A stretch of DNA of 64,000 nucleotides, from assembly GCA_965261005.1 (NCBI GenBank), contig OZ253375.1:2272001-2336000 (forward strand), in the 5' to 3' direction. The notes under the pieces were generated by a model. It was given only the letters and a program-made list of their open reading frames with translations, ran no database searches and was not told the DNA's origin. The translations under genes were made by a program, and so were the position numbers. Below are positions 1-11,502 of the stretch, piece by piece. Source of the DNA: Deinococcus sp. (GTDB lineage: Bacteria > Deinococcota > Deinococci > Deinococcales > Deinococcaceae). Numbering within the stretch: the first letter of the stretch is position 1; each line of letters begins with the position of its first letter.

Positions 1-53
1 TTACGTTGTAGTAGAGTGGCGCAGAGGATTCACCTCGGAACGGAGCGAACGGC

Positions 54-1058
54 ATGGCGAAACTATTGGTCACGGGCGGGGCCGGTTACATCGGCTCACA
101 CACGGCGCGCAAGTTGCAGGCGGCGGGACATCAGGTGGTGGTGCTGGACAACTTTTCGGCGGGCCACTTGGCGGCGCTGCCCGAGGGAACGGCGGTGCTG
201 GACCTCGATTTGCTGGACCTTGAGGGCGTGAGGGACGCGCTGCGCCAACACCTGCCCGACGCCGTGATCCACTTCGCCGCCCTGATCGAGGTGGGCGACT
301 CGATGCGCGATCCGCGCCGCTTTTACCGCAATAACTTCCTGGGCAGCATGAACCTCGCGAATGCCCTCCTCGACGTCGGCCCGGTGCCGCTGGTCTTTTC
401 CTCGACCGCCGCCGTGTACGGCGAGCCGGAAGAAGTGCCCATTCCTGAGAGCGCCCCTGGGCGCCCGGTGAACGTCTACGGCGACACCAAGCTCGCCTTT
501 GAGCGGCTGCTCAGCGGCTACGACGGCGCCTACGGTCTGCCGCACACCGTCTTGCGCTACTTCAACGTCTGCGGCGCCGACCCCAGCGGCGAGAACGGCG
601 AGGCCCACCCTCACAAAACCCACCTGATCGAGCTGGCGCTGCTGACCGCCCTGGGCCAGCGCGAACGCATGCTGGTCTACGGCGACGACTACCCCACCCC
701 GGACGGGACCTGTGTGCGCGACTACATCCACGTGCAGGACCTCGCGGACGCGCACGTGCTGGCGGTCGAGGCGTTGCTGGAGGGCGCCCAGAGTACGGCT
801 TACAACGTCGGCCTCGGGCGGGGCTTCTCGGTCAAGGAGGTGCTGGACGCCGTGGACCGGGTGGTGGGCCACCCCATCCCGCGCGAACTCGCCCCGCGCC
901 GCCCCGGCGACCCCGCCGTGCTGGTGGCCGACTCCGGCAAGATCAAGCGCGACCTCGGCTGGACGCCGCAGTACACCGACCTCGACGAGATCGTGCGCAC
1001 GGCTTGGCGCTGGCACAAGGACCATCCGCAGGGGTTCGAGGAGGTGGCGCGGGTATAA
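54..1058 (+). CDS. galE: UDP-glucose 4-epimerase
   Basis: GGAGYIGSH Rossmann motif, FSSTAAVYG, YGDTK (YxxxK), LRYFNV, DGTCVRDYIHV. Confidence 0.95.
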   Translation: MAKLLVTGGAGYIGSHTARKLQAAGHQVVVLDNFSAGHLAALPEGTAVLDLDLLDLEGVRDALRQHLPDAVIHFAALIEVGDSMRDPRRFYRNNFLGSMNLANALLDVGPVPLVFSSTAAVYGEPEEVPIPESAPGRPVNVYGDTKLAFERLLSGYDGAYGLPHTVLRYFNVCGADPSGENGEAHPHKTHLIELALLTALGQRERMLVYGDDYPTPDGTCVRDYIHVQDLADAHVLAVEALLEGAQSTAYNVGLGRGFSVKEVLDAVDRVVGHPIPRELAPRRPGDPAVLVADSGKIKRDLGWTPQYTDLDEIVRTAWRWHKDHPQGFEEVARV

Positions 1059-1060
1059 AC

Positions 1061-1089
1061 AAAAAGGGCGGCCGAAGCCGCCCTTTCTT
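1061..1089. terminator. Bidirectional intrinsic terminator between convergent galE and rny
   Basis: AAAGGGCGGC-CGAA-GCCGCCCTTT hairpin with A run before and T-rich run after. Confidence 0.85.
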
Positions 1090-1098
1090 GCCCTTCCC

Positions 1099-2736
<1,638 letters not shown>

Positions 2737-2918
2737 GCGGTTCCTTTCGGTGTTCAGTGTGGTGTATGAGCGCCGCGCGCGGCATGTTCTGACCGAACTT
2801 CGGCCACGGCCAAAGGGCCAGCCAGACCAGCAGGGACCAAGCGAGCCATAAGGTGCCGCGCGCACTCATGGCTCAGTCTAATCCCAAAGATCCGCTTCGA
2901 CTGAGAACGCGGCACCAC

Positions 2919-2947
2919 AAAAAGCGCCCGCTTGGGGCGGGCGCTTC
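2919..2947 (-). terminator. Intrinsic terminator after recA
   Basis: GCGCCCGC-CCCAA-GCGGGCGC followed by TTTTT on the minus strand. Confidence 0.85.
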
Positions 2948-2960
2948 GGCAACATCCGGC

Positions 2961-4033
<1,073 letters not shown>

Positions 4034-4037
<4 letters not shown>

Positions 4038-4609
4038 GGGTTGCCTCCTGGGGCGGGAAAGGGCGGATTGGAACGAATGGGTTCTGAATCAGGTGTTCGG
4101 CCCCCACCCAGCCGGAAGGTGCTGAGCGTCTCGTAGATCGGGCCACTGGGGCGCAGGGTGCTCCTGATCAGCAGCACCTCCCGCACTTGCCAACTGAGAT
4201 TCCACACGACGGGCGGGACGCGCGGGGCGGGTCCTTTTTTGCGCGCCAAGGTGACGTGCGGTTTGAAGGCTTGGTCGTCCGGCAGCTTCAGCCGCCCCGC
4301 CAGTGTGGCCGCCAACGGTTCCAACTCCGGCGCCTCCACCTTGGCGAACCAAACCCTGGGGCTGCCGGCGGCGGGAAAGTAGCCGCTGCCACGCACCCTC
4401 ACCTCGAAGGCCGAGACTTCACGCGCCGCCGCCACGCCCACCGCGCGCAATCCCGGCAGCTGCTCCTCGCGCGCGTTCGGCAGGTAGGCCAGCGTGACGT
4501 GAAACTGCTCGGGCGCCACCTTGCGCCAGTTGCCCTTGAGGGCGCTCTGGGCCTGGGCCAACTCTCCGGCCACCTGCGGGGGCAGCTTGACGGCGTAAAA
4601 GAGCCTCAC
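4034..4609 (-). CDS. ligT: RNA 2',3'-cyclic phosphodiesterase (2'-5' RNA ligase family, LigT/ThpR)
   Basis: MRLFYA start, two HxT motifs (FHVTL, PHVTL); GTGA overlap with cinA stop, ATGA overlap with recA start. Confidence 0.92.
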
Positions 4610-5817
4610 GCCCCACCTTCCCGCGGCTGGCTTCCCCGCAACTCGCTCAGCAGCAGCATCAGGGTGCCGTGGGCGGCCCGCTCGATGCCGGTGCGGCGGT
4701 CGGTCGGCCACTGGGCAGAGCTGGCGCGCTCGTCGCTCGGCCCAACCACGGCCAGCACGTGGCCGGCCTCCCCCGGCAGCGAGACGGCGCCCCAATCGGC
4801 GTAGAAGCGTTTCCGCACGCTGCGCGCCAGTTGCAAGGCGACCTCCTCGGTGTGAATGCCGTTCGCCAGCGCCCCGGCCGTCACGCCGAGTTCCAAGAGG
4901 GTGTCGCGCTGCGTGACGATCAGGCCGCCCGCGTAGCTGGGCCGGGCCGGTTCGCACAGCAGCTCACCGAGCACGCCGCCGCCCGCCTCGACGCTGGCGA
5001 CGTTCTCGCCGCGCCCGCTCAAGGACGCCAAGACGATCCCGGCCAGCGTCTCGGCGTCGCGGCCGTAGAGGTGGTCGCCCAGCGCCGCCTCCACCCGCGC
5101 CAGCGCCAGCGCGGCGAGTTCGCGCGCTTCCTCTTCGCCGCCAGCGCTGGCGGCGACGCGCACGTCCACGCCGTGCCGGCGCGCGTAGGTGGCGACCGAG
5201 GGGTTGGCCTCCCGCGTCAAGTTGCCGAGAGCTTCGGCGATGTGGCTCTCGCCCAGGCCCCAGCTGTGCAGCGTGGTGTGCCACAGGGCGCGCTGCGGCA
5301 GCGTCAGGCGCGGCAAGACCTGCTCGCGCCACATCGGCTGCATCTCCCTGGGCGGGCCGGGCAGCGCCACGATGATCCTTTCGCCCAGCCGCACCAACCA
5401 GCCGGGCGCGGTGCCGTTGGGGTTCGGCAGCGCCTCCGCCGAGGGGATCAGCCAAGCCTGCTTGCGGTTGGCCTCCGGAAAGGAGCGCCCGCGCGACTCG
5501 AAGCGCTCGCGCAGGGGACGCAGCAGGTCATCCGCGACCTCGGGCGTTTCGCCCGCGACCTCGGCGATGGCCTCGCGGGTCAGGTCGTCGTCGGTGGGGC
5601 CGAGGCCGCCCCCGACGATCACCAGGTCGGCGCGCGACAGGGCCAAGCGCAGGGTGGCGGCGACGCGCCCCAGGTTGTCGCCCACCACGCTCTTGAAGTG
5701 CAGCGTCACGCCACGCGCCCTCAGTTCATTTGCGAGGTAGGCCGAGTTGCTGTCGAGGATTTCCCCCAACAGCAACTCGGTTCCCACGCTCACTATTTCT
5801 GCTGTCAACGTAACCAC
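4606..5817 (-). CDS. cinA: CinA family competence/damage-inducible protein
   Basis: AEIVSVGTELLLG, GGLGPTDDDLT, NPNGTAPG, LPGPPREM; cinA-ligT-recA order; start could also be a TTG a few codons in. Confidence 0.93.
   Translation of the reverse strand: MVTLTAEIVSVGTELLLGEILDSNSAYLANELRARGVTLHFKSVVGDNLGRVAATLRLALSRADLVIVGGGLGPTDDDLTREAIAEVAGETPEVADDLLRPLRERFESRGRSFPEANRKQAWLIPSAEALPNPNGTAPGWLVRLGERIIVALPGPPREMQPMWREQVLPRLTLPQRALWHTTLHSWGLGESHIAEALGNLTREANPSVATYARRHGVDVRVAASAGGEEEARELAALALARVEAALGDHLYGRDAETLAGIVLASLSGRGENVASVEAGGGVLGELLCEPARPSYAGGLIVTQRDTLLELGVTAGALANGIHTEEVALQLARSVRKRFYADWGAVSLPGEAGHVLAVVGPSDERASSAQWPTDRRTGIERAAHGTLMLLLSELRGSQPREGGA
5797..5813. promoter_or_regulatory. RDRM-like operator (DdrO/IrrE radiation-desiccation response motif)
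   Basis: 17-bp imperfect palindrome TTCTGCTGTCAACGTAA over the first cinA codons, just downstream of -10 TATACT (5826-5831, minus). Confidence 0.8.
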
Positions 5818-5859
5818 TGCCGCCCAGTATACCCGAAAACGAAGCCCGGTGGGCGAAGA

Positions 5860-6756
5860 TCAACGGGCGCTCAGGAAGGACAGGGTCTCGTCGCGGGTGG
5901 GCATGCTGGGCTGGGCGCCGGTGCGCGTGCAGGCCAGGGCGGCGGCGGCGCTTGCCATGCTCAGGGCGCTTTCCAATTCGTCCCCGTCTGTCAAACCCGC
6001 GATCAGCACGCCCACGAAGGTGTCACCCGCCCCGGTGGTGTCCACGACCTGCACGGAAAAGGCGGGCAGGGTCAGCGGCTCGCCACCCGCCACGGCCAGA
6101 CAACCGCGCCCGCCCAGCGTCACCACGACGGTGGACGGGCCGAGGTTTTGCAAGCCGCGCGCCCGCGCCAACACGTCGCCGGTCAGACCGGCTGCGTCGG
6201 AAATGACCTTCAGCTCGCCCTCGTTGACGATCAGCACGTTCACGTTGGTGAGCAACTCCTTTCCCAGCGCCCGGGCGGGCGCGGCGTTCAGCACGACCTG
6301 GACGCCGGCCTGACGTGCCGCCCGCGCGTAGGCCGTCACCGCCTCCAAGGGGATTTCGAGCTGCATGACCAGGTGGCTCACCCCCGACAAATCGGGCAGG
6401 TGGTCCGGCGCCAAGCGCGCGTTCGCCCCGGAGGCTACCATGATGCTGTTCTCGCCCCCATCCGCCACGCCGATCAGGGCCGCGCCGGTTGGGGCGTCCA
6501 CCTCGCGCAGCGCGCCCAGGTCCACCCCGCTGTCCGAAAGCGACGTCCTGAGCAGGTCGGCGTAGCTGTCTTTGCCGACCGCCCCCAACATGTGGACCCG
6601 CGCCCCGGCCCGCGCGCAGGCGACCGCTTGGTTGGCCCCCTTGCCGCCCGGCGTCACGCTATACGTTGGCCCCAGCACCGTCTCGCCCGGTTCCGGCAGG
6701 TGGGGTACCCGCACGGTCAGGTCCACGTTTAGCGAGCCGGCGACCAGGACGCTCAT
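5860..6756 (-). CDS. rbsK: Ribokinase (PfkB family)
   Basis: GSLNVD, GGKGANQAVA, NEGE, VDTTGAGDTF. Confidence 0.88.
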   Translation of the reverse strand: MSVLVAGSLNVDLTVRVPHLPEPGETVLGPTYSVTPGGKGANQAVACARAGARVHMLGAVGKDSYADLLRTSLSDSGVDLGALREVDAPTGAALIGVADGGENSIMVASGANARLAPDHLPDLSGVSHLVMQLEIPLEAVTAYARAARQAGVQVVLNAAPARALGKELLTNVNVLIVNEGELKVISDAAGLTGDVLARARGLQNLGPSTVVVTLGGRGCLAVAGGEPLTLPAFSVQVVDTTGAGDTFVGVLIAGLTDGDELESALSMASAAAALACTRTGAQPSMPTRDETLSFLSAR

Positions 6757-7673
6757 TCTTCCGCCGCCGCCCCTTCTGCCGACAGGATGGCCGCCCGCAG
6801 CGCCGCCGCCGGCGTGTCCCCCTCGCCGCGCTCGGCGCGCTCCACCTTGTCGAGCCAAGCCTCGAAGCCCCCGCCGCGCCGCCTGATCCGCAGGTCAATA
6901 AAGCCGGCCACCTCGGCGCGGGCGAACAGGGTGCCCAGCTCCTCCACATGTGAAAAGCCTTGCCGCGCCAAGATCTCCGTCAGCAGCCCCTCGCGCGCCT
7001 CCATGGTGCCCCCCGGCGAGAAGTAGCGCGCGAGCGTTCCCGCCCAGTCGCCGCGCTTGGTGACGGGCGCCATGTTGTTCATGGCGGCCTCCAACTCCAG
7101 GCTTTCCGGCTCGCGGTAGCGGTCCTCATGAACGACCAGCTTGCGCGGCAGACGCGGGCGGTGCTTGGGGTCCTCGGTCGGCACGCCCACCACCAAGCCG
7201 GCGAAGGGGAAGACCCCTTCTGGCAGGGCCAGCCGCTCCACCACCTCTGGCAGGGCGCTCAGCACCCCGCCGATCCAGCACCCCCGGTAGCCCAGCATTT
7301 CGGCGGCGGTCAAGAGGTTCTGCCCCGCCATCACCGCGTCGCCGATGGCGAAGTGAACCGCTGTGGCGGGCCACTCGCCCCAAGCGAAGCCGCGCCGGGC
7401 CAGCAGCAACCTCAGGCGGTGAACGTCGGCGCAGACCACGAACGCCTCGCTGGCACTGGCAAGGTGGGGGTTTCCGGTCGCCCCCGCCATCCAGGCGCGC
7501 AGGGCCGGGTCGCGCAGGCGCACGAAGCTGTACATCTGCGCCGTCGCGTCGGTCGGGGCGCGCTGGGCCGCGTGCAGAAGGGTGTCCAGGTGCTCCGGCG
7601 GCATGGGGGTGGGCGCGAACTCGCGCGCCGTCCAGTGAGAGTCGAAAAAGGCGTTGACTTCCTCGGGGGTCAT
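6753..7673 (-). CDS. Nitroreductase family protein (NfsA-like) with C-terminal extension
   Basis: HWTAREF, AAQRAPT, GDAVMAGQNL, GCWIGG, RPRLP; ATG 6 nt after TACCCT. Confidence 0.85.
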   Translation of the reverse strand: MTPEEVNAFFDSHWTAREFAPTPMPPEHLDTLLHAAQRAPTDATAQMYSFVRLRDPALRAWMAGATGNPHLASASEAFVVCADVHRLRLLLARRGFAWGEWPATAVHFAIGDAVMAGQNLLTAAEMLGYRGCWIGGVLSALPEVVERLALPEGVFPFAGLVVGVPTEDPKHRPRLPRKLVVHEDRYREPESLELEAAMNNMAPVTKRGDWAGTLARYFSPGGTMEAREGLLTEILARQGFSHVEELGTLFARAEVAGFIDLRIRRRGGGFEAWLDKVERAERGEGDTPAAALRAAILSAEGAAAEE

Positions 7674-7706
7674 GGGGAGAGGGTAGCAGGCTGCTACCTT
7701 TTTGCT

Positions 7707-8267
7707 GTGAACGTTCTCGATCTCTACCGCGAGCGCGGCGCCCTGCACGAGGGGCACTTTCTGCTGGCCTCGGGGCGCCACTCGCCCGTGTTCTTGCAGT
7801 CCACCACGGTGTTGCAGTGGCCGGACCTCGCCGGTCAGTTGGGGCAGGCCCTCGCCGAAAAAGTCCGTGCGGCCGGCCTCGCGCCCAGCTTCGTGATCGG
7901 CCCGGCGATGGGCGGCGTGACCCTGGCCTTTGAAGTGGCCCGCCAGCTGGGGGCGCGCGCCCTGTTCGCGGAAAAGGATGGCAAGGGCGGCATGACCGTG
8001 CGGGACGCCTTTCAAATTGGGTCAGGGGAGCCGTTTCTGGCCGTCGAGGACGTGCTGACCACCGGGGGCAGCGTCTTAAAGGCGCTGTGGGCGACCCAGG
8101 AGCGCGGCGGCGTCCCGCTGGCGGTCGCCTGCATCGTGGACCGCCGAGCACAGGAGGGACCGCTGGAGGGGTTGCCGCTCTTATCTCTGGAGCGGCTCAC
8201 CTTCGAGACCTACGCGCCCGAAGACGTGCCGGCTTGGCTGGCCGCGCGCCCCCTGCAAGAGATTTGA
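7707..8267 (+). CDS. pyrE: Orotate phosphoribosyltransferase
   Basis: GHFLLASGRHS, GPAMGG, PRPP motif VEDVLTTGGS; GTG 6 nt after TACCTT. Confidence 0.93.
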   Translation: MNVLDLYRERGALHEGHFLLASGRHSPVFLQSTTVLQWPDLAGQLGQALAEKVRAAGLAPSFVIGPAMGGVTLAFEVARQLGARALFAEKDGKGGMTVRDAFQIGSGEPFLAVEDVLTTGGSVLKALWATQERGGVPLAVACIVDRRAQEGPLEGLPLLSLERLTFETYAPEDVPAWLAARPLQEI

Positions 8268-8881
8268 TGCGAATTCTGCTGGTCGTGGCTACAAAGGGCG
8301 AGGCGGAGAACTTGGCCCCACTCGGCCACGCCCTGAGCGTGTGCGGCGTCGGGGCGGTGAACGCGGCGCTGGCGACGGCGGACGCGCTGCGCGGGGATGG
8401 CTTCGATCTGGCTGTCAGCGCGGGCATCGGCGGCGCCTACCCGGCTTCTAGGCTGGTGCCCGGCGACCTGGCCGTGTCGAGCGAGATGATTTATGGCGGC
8501 CTGGGCGCGCTGGACGGTAAGCATTTTCTAGACCTAGAGGCGCTCGGTTTGCCCTTGCTGCCGGGCGTCTACAACCGCCTGCCAGCTTGGGACGGCGCGC
8601 GGGCCTTCGCCGAGGAAATCGGCGCGGCGTGTGGCCCGACCCTGACGCTCGACACCGTGACGGGGAGCTTGGATGGGGCGCGCAGCTTGGAGGCGCGCTT
8701 TCCCGGCGCCCTGACCGAGGGCATGGAGGGGGCGGGCGTGGCCCACGCCGCGCGGCTGGCAGGTGTGCCGGCCGTGGAGCTGCGCGCCGTGTCCAACCTG
8801 GTCGGCCCGCGGGACCGGGCGGCCTGGCGCGTGCCGGAGGCGCTGGCGGCGCTGCGCGTGGCCTTGGAGCGCCTGACCTGA
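8267..8881 (+). CDS. mqnB: Futalosine hydrolase (PNP/MTA nucleosidase fold)
   Basis: GVGAVNAA, SAGIGG, EGMEGAGVA, RAVSNLVGPRDRAAW. Confidence 0.88.
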   Translation: MRILLVVATKGEAENLAPLGHALSVCGVGAVNAALATADALRGDGFDLAVSAGIGGAYPASRLVPGDLAVSSEMIYGGLGALDGKHFLDLEALGLPLLPGVYNRLPAWDGARAFAEEIGAACGPTLTLDTVTGSLDGARSLEARFPGALTEGMEGAGVAHAARLAGVPAVELRAVSNLVGPRDRAAWRVPEALAALRVALERLT

Positions 8882-8886
8882 CGGGC

Positions 8887-9399
8887 CTAGCCTGACGGCG
8901 TCCAGTCGGTGAGCCGGCGGTCGAAGGGGAGAGGGTAGGCGGCCGTGATCCGCACGTGCTGGATGTCCGGGTGCAGCGGGTTGAGCATCAAGTTGCTGGC
9001 CTCGCTCCTGAGTTCAAGCGGCATCAGCGCGCACGGCACCGCCAGCGCGAGGGCGCGCTTCTCGGCAAGAAAAGTGCTGCCGTAGTCCTGGGTCGCCTGG
9101 TTCCAGTCGCCGTCGTTCCAGTTGAGGGGCAACTCGGCGTCTGGCACCGTCTCGACGCTTCCGCCGCTGATCTCAACACGCATCACGTGATACGGCGCGA
9201 GGCGCCCGAAGCTGTGGACGTTGGCGAGGATTTCCAGCATGACCAAGGGCGGCGTGCTGCTGGTGTACAGCACGGGGGCGCCTGGGTTGTGCCAGCGCCC
9301 GGGGCCGATCAGGCCGCCGTCGCCGCGCAACGCCCGGACGCGGTCTTCGCTGGGAACGGCGCGCCAGACGACCAGCGTGCCAGCGATCTCTTCAGACAA
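8887..9399 (-). CDS. RES-domain toxin (NAD+-acting, ParT/MbcT-like)
   Basis: WRA, GRWHNPG, LYTSS, MLE, VPC, NLMLNPLHPD; start uncertain (TTG at 9399 or 9423). Confidence 0.85.
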   Translation of the reverse strand: MSEEIAGTLVVWRAVPSEDRVRALRGDGGLIGPGRWHNPGAPVLYTSSTPPLVMLEILANVHSFGRLAPYHVMRVEISGGSVETVPDAELPLNWNDGDWNQATQDYGSTFLAEKRALALAVPCALMPLELRSEASNLMLNPLHPDIQHVRITAAYPLPFDRRLTDWTPSG

Positions 9400-9835
9400 A
9401 GATGCCGTCCTGCGCCGCGCCAATCAAATCGAGAACGCGCTGGGCACCGAACTCAAAGGCGCCATACTCCAGCGGCGTCTTGCCGGAAAGGGCGCGGTGA
9501 GGTTCGTCCAGCCAGCGGCGCCCCTCAGTGGGGCCGAAGAAGCCGTAGGCCGCCTCCACGACGCGGGCGAGCCGCACCATGCGCTCGCTTTCCGGCGGGT
9601 CAAGCTTGCCCTGAGCGCGGCGGCGGCTGTAGGTCGCCCAGGGAATGCGGACGCGCCCGAGCACGGTTTTCACGTCCTCGCCGAGCAGCTTGGCCAGCAG
9701 GCCGACGCTCTCCGTGGGCAGCCCCTCTTGCAGCGCTTCGAGCAGTTGGCTGAGGCTGCGCGCCTCCAGCCGGAGGGCACGGGCGCCCAGCACCGCTGGG
9801 GGCGACGCGGACAGGCTTGTTCGGTTGATGTCCAT
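9392..9835 (-). CDS. Xre/MbcA/ParS antitoxin
   Basis: HTH-like TYSRRRA, ESERMVRLARV, WLDEPHRALSGKTPLE, C-terminal GIFV; overlaps toxin start. Confidence 0.88.
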   Translation of the reverse strand: MDINRTSLSASPPAVLGARALRLEARSLSQLLEALQEGLPTESVGLLAKLLGEDVKTVLGRVRIPWATYSRRRAQGKLDPPESERMVRLARVVEAAYGFFGPTEGRRWLDEPHRALSGKTPLEYGAFEFGAQRVLDLIGAAQDGIFV

Positions 9836-9863
9836 ATGAACATTCTAGTACACCATATGGACA
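9829..9863. promoter_or_regulatory. Inverted-repeat operator over the TA promoter
   Basis: TGTCCATATG-N15-CATATGGACA bracketing -10 TAGAAT and covering the antitoxin ATG. Confidence 0.75.
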
Positions 9864-9925
9864 CTCAAGCTTCATTCATCTTTGAAGCGAGCCGTTAACG
9901 CGCCGCCCCTTATGCTGAGGGGGAC

Positions 9926-10327
9926 ATGACCAACCCCCTGTATTCGCCCAAGACCGTGATGAAGCCCTGGGGCCGCGAAATCTGGTACGCCGACCAAGAG
10001 CATTACGCCGGCAAGGTGCTGGAAGTGAACGCCGGCGCCCGCCTGAGCCTGCAATACCACGAACGCAAGACCGAGACGCTCTACCTGCTGTCGGGCAAGG
10101 TGCGCCTCACCTTCGCGCCGGTGCCGGAAGGGCAGCGGCCGAGCGCGGACGTGCCGGCGGAGGACGTTTACGAGTGGAACCCCGGCCAGGCCGTTCACAT
10201 TCCGGCGCGCACCATCCACCGCTTCGAGGCCGTGGAGGACAGCGTCTTGCTGGAAGTCTCCACCCCCGACTTGACCGACGTGGTGCGCCTCCAAGACGAC
10301 TACGCCCGCCCGGACCGGGACGCCTGA
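9926..10327 (+). CDS. Cupin protein (mannose-6-phosphate isomerase-like)
   Basis: [38 protein letters not shown]. Confidence 0.82.
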   Translation: MTNPLYSPKTVMKPWGREIWYADQEHYAGKVLEVNAGARLSLQYHERKTETLYLLSGKVRLTFAPVPEGQRPSADVPAEDVYEWNPGQAVHIPARTIHRFEAVEDSVLLEVSTPDLTDVVRLQDDYARPDRDA

Positions 10328-10328
10328 G

Positions 10329-11414
10329 ATGACCACCCCTTCTGCGGCGAACTTCTACCCGGTCATTCTGGCGGGCGGCAGCGGCGAGCGTTTCTGGCCC
10401 CTCTCGCGCCGGGCCAAGCCCAAGCAGTTCCTGGCCCTGGACGACACCGGCCTGAGCCTGCTTCAGGCCACCGTGGAGCGCGTGGCTGGCCTGAGCGACG
10501 GGCTGGAGAGCGTGTTCGTGGTGACCGGCAACGACCACCGCGCCCTGGTGCTGGAGCAATTGCCGGACCTGCCGCTGGAGAACCTGCTGGTCGAGCCGGT
10601 CGGGCGCGACACCGCCCCCGCCGTGCTGTACGCGGCCCTCAAGCTGGCGCAGGTGGACCCAGGCGGCGTGATGGGGGTGTTTCCCTCCGATCACCGCGTC
10701 GGCGACGTGCCCGCCTTTGACCGCGCCGTGCGGCGCGCCCGCCACGCCGCCGAGAAGTACGGCGCGCTGGTCACGCTGGGGATCGCCCCGACTTACCCCG
10801 CCACCGGCTACGGCTACATCGAGCGCGGCCCGGAAGTCGAGGGCGGCGACCTCCCGCTGTACGCGGTGTCGCAGTTCGTGGAAAAGCCCGAGTTGGAGCG
10901 CGCCGAGCAGTTCGTGAGGGATGGCGGCTACGCTTGGAACGGCGGCATGTTCGTGTGGACCCTGGCGGCCATTCTGGACGCCTACCGCACATGGCAACCG
11001 AAGTTGTTCGCGGCCCTCAGCGCCGCCGTGGACACGCGTGGCGGCGTCAAGGGCGTGTTTCCGACCTTGGAGAAAATCAGCATCGACTACGCCGTGCTGG
11101 AGCGCGCGCGCAACGTCATGCTGGTACCGGCCGACTTCGCTTGGGACGACATGGGCGACTGGAACAGCTTGGAGCGCCTGCTGCGCGGCAGCGGCACCAA
11201 CGTCGAGGTTGGGCGCCACGTCGGCCTCGATACCGACGGCGCCATTCTGTACACCACCGGCGGCGACGACTTGATCGCCACCATCGGCCTGGAGGACGTG
11301 GTGGTGGTACGCGCCGGCGAGGTCACGCTGGTGGTCCGCAAGGACCGCACCCAGGACATCAAAAAGGTCGTGGCGCAGCTGAAAAATAACCCGGAGCTGG
11401 AACGCTTCGCCTGA
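10329..11414 (+). CDS. manC: Mannose-1-phosphate guanylyltransferase
   Basis: [44 protein letters not shown]. Confidence 0.92.
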   Translation: MTTPSAANFYPVILAGGSGERFWPLSRRAKPKQFLALDDTGLSLLQATVERVAGLSDGLESVFVVTGNDHRALVLEQLPDLPLENLLVEPVGRDTAPAVLYAALKLAQVDPGGVMGVFPSDHRVGDVPAFDRAVRRARHAAEKYGALVTLGIAPTYPATGYGYIERGPEVEGGDLPLYAVSQFVEKPELERAEQFVRDGGYAWNGGMFVWTLAAILDAYRTWQPKLFAALSAAVDTRGGVKGVFPTLEKISIDYAVLERARNVMLVPADFAWDDMGDWNSLERLLRGSGTNVEVGRHVGLDTDGAILYTTGGDDLIATIGLEDVVVVRAGEVTLVVRKDRTQDIKKVVAQLKNNPELERFA

Positions 11415-11502
11415 GCGGCCCCCCGTTCTTCCCAAGTAGACGCTGCCCAGCTCGGTTCTGTTAGGCTTTGGGTGTTCAGGTTCTGCCTGACCTTACCCAT
11501 CC

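Noticed and set aside
1..17. RDRM-like sequence starting TTACGT at the window start
   Set aside because: Right half does not match; TAGAGT is more likely the galE -10
4071..4085. LexA/Cheo box upstream of recA (GAAC..GTTC)
   Set aside because: Spacer is 6 nt rather than 4 and the site lies in the ligT coding tail
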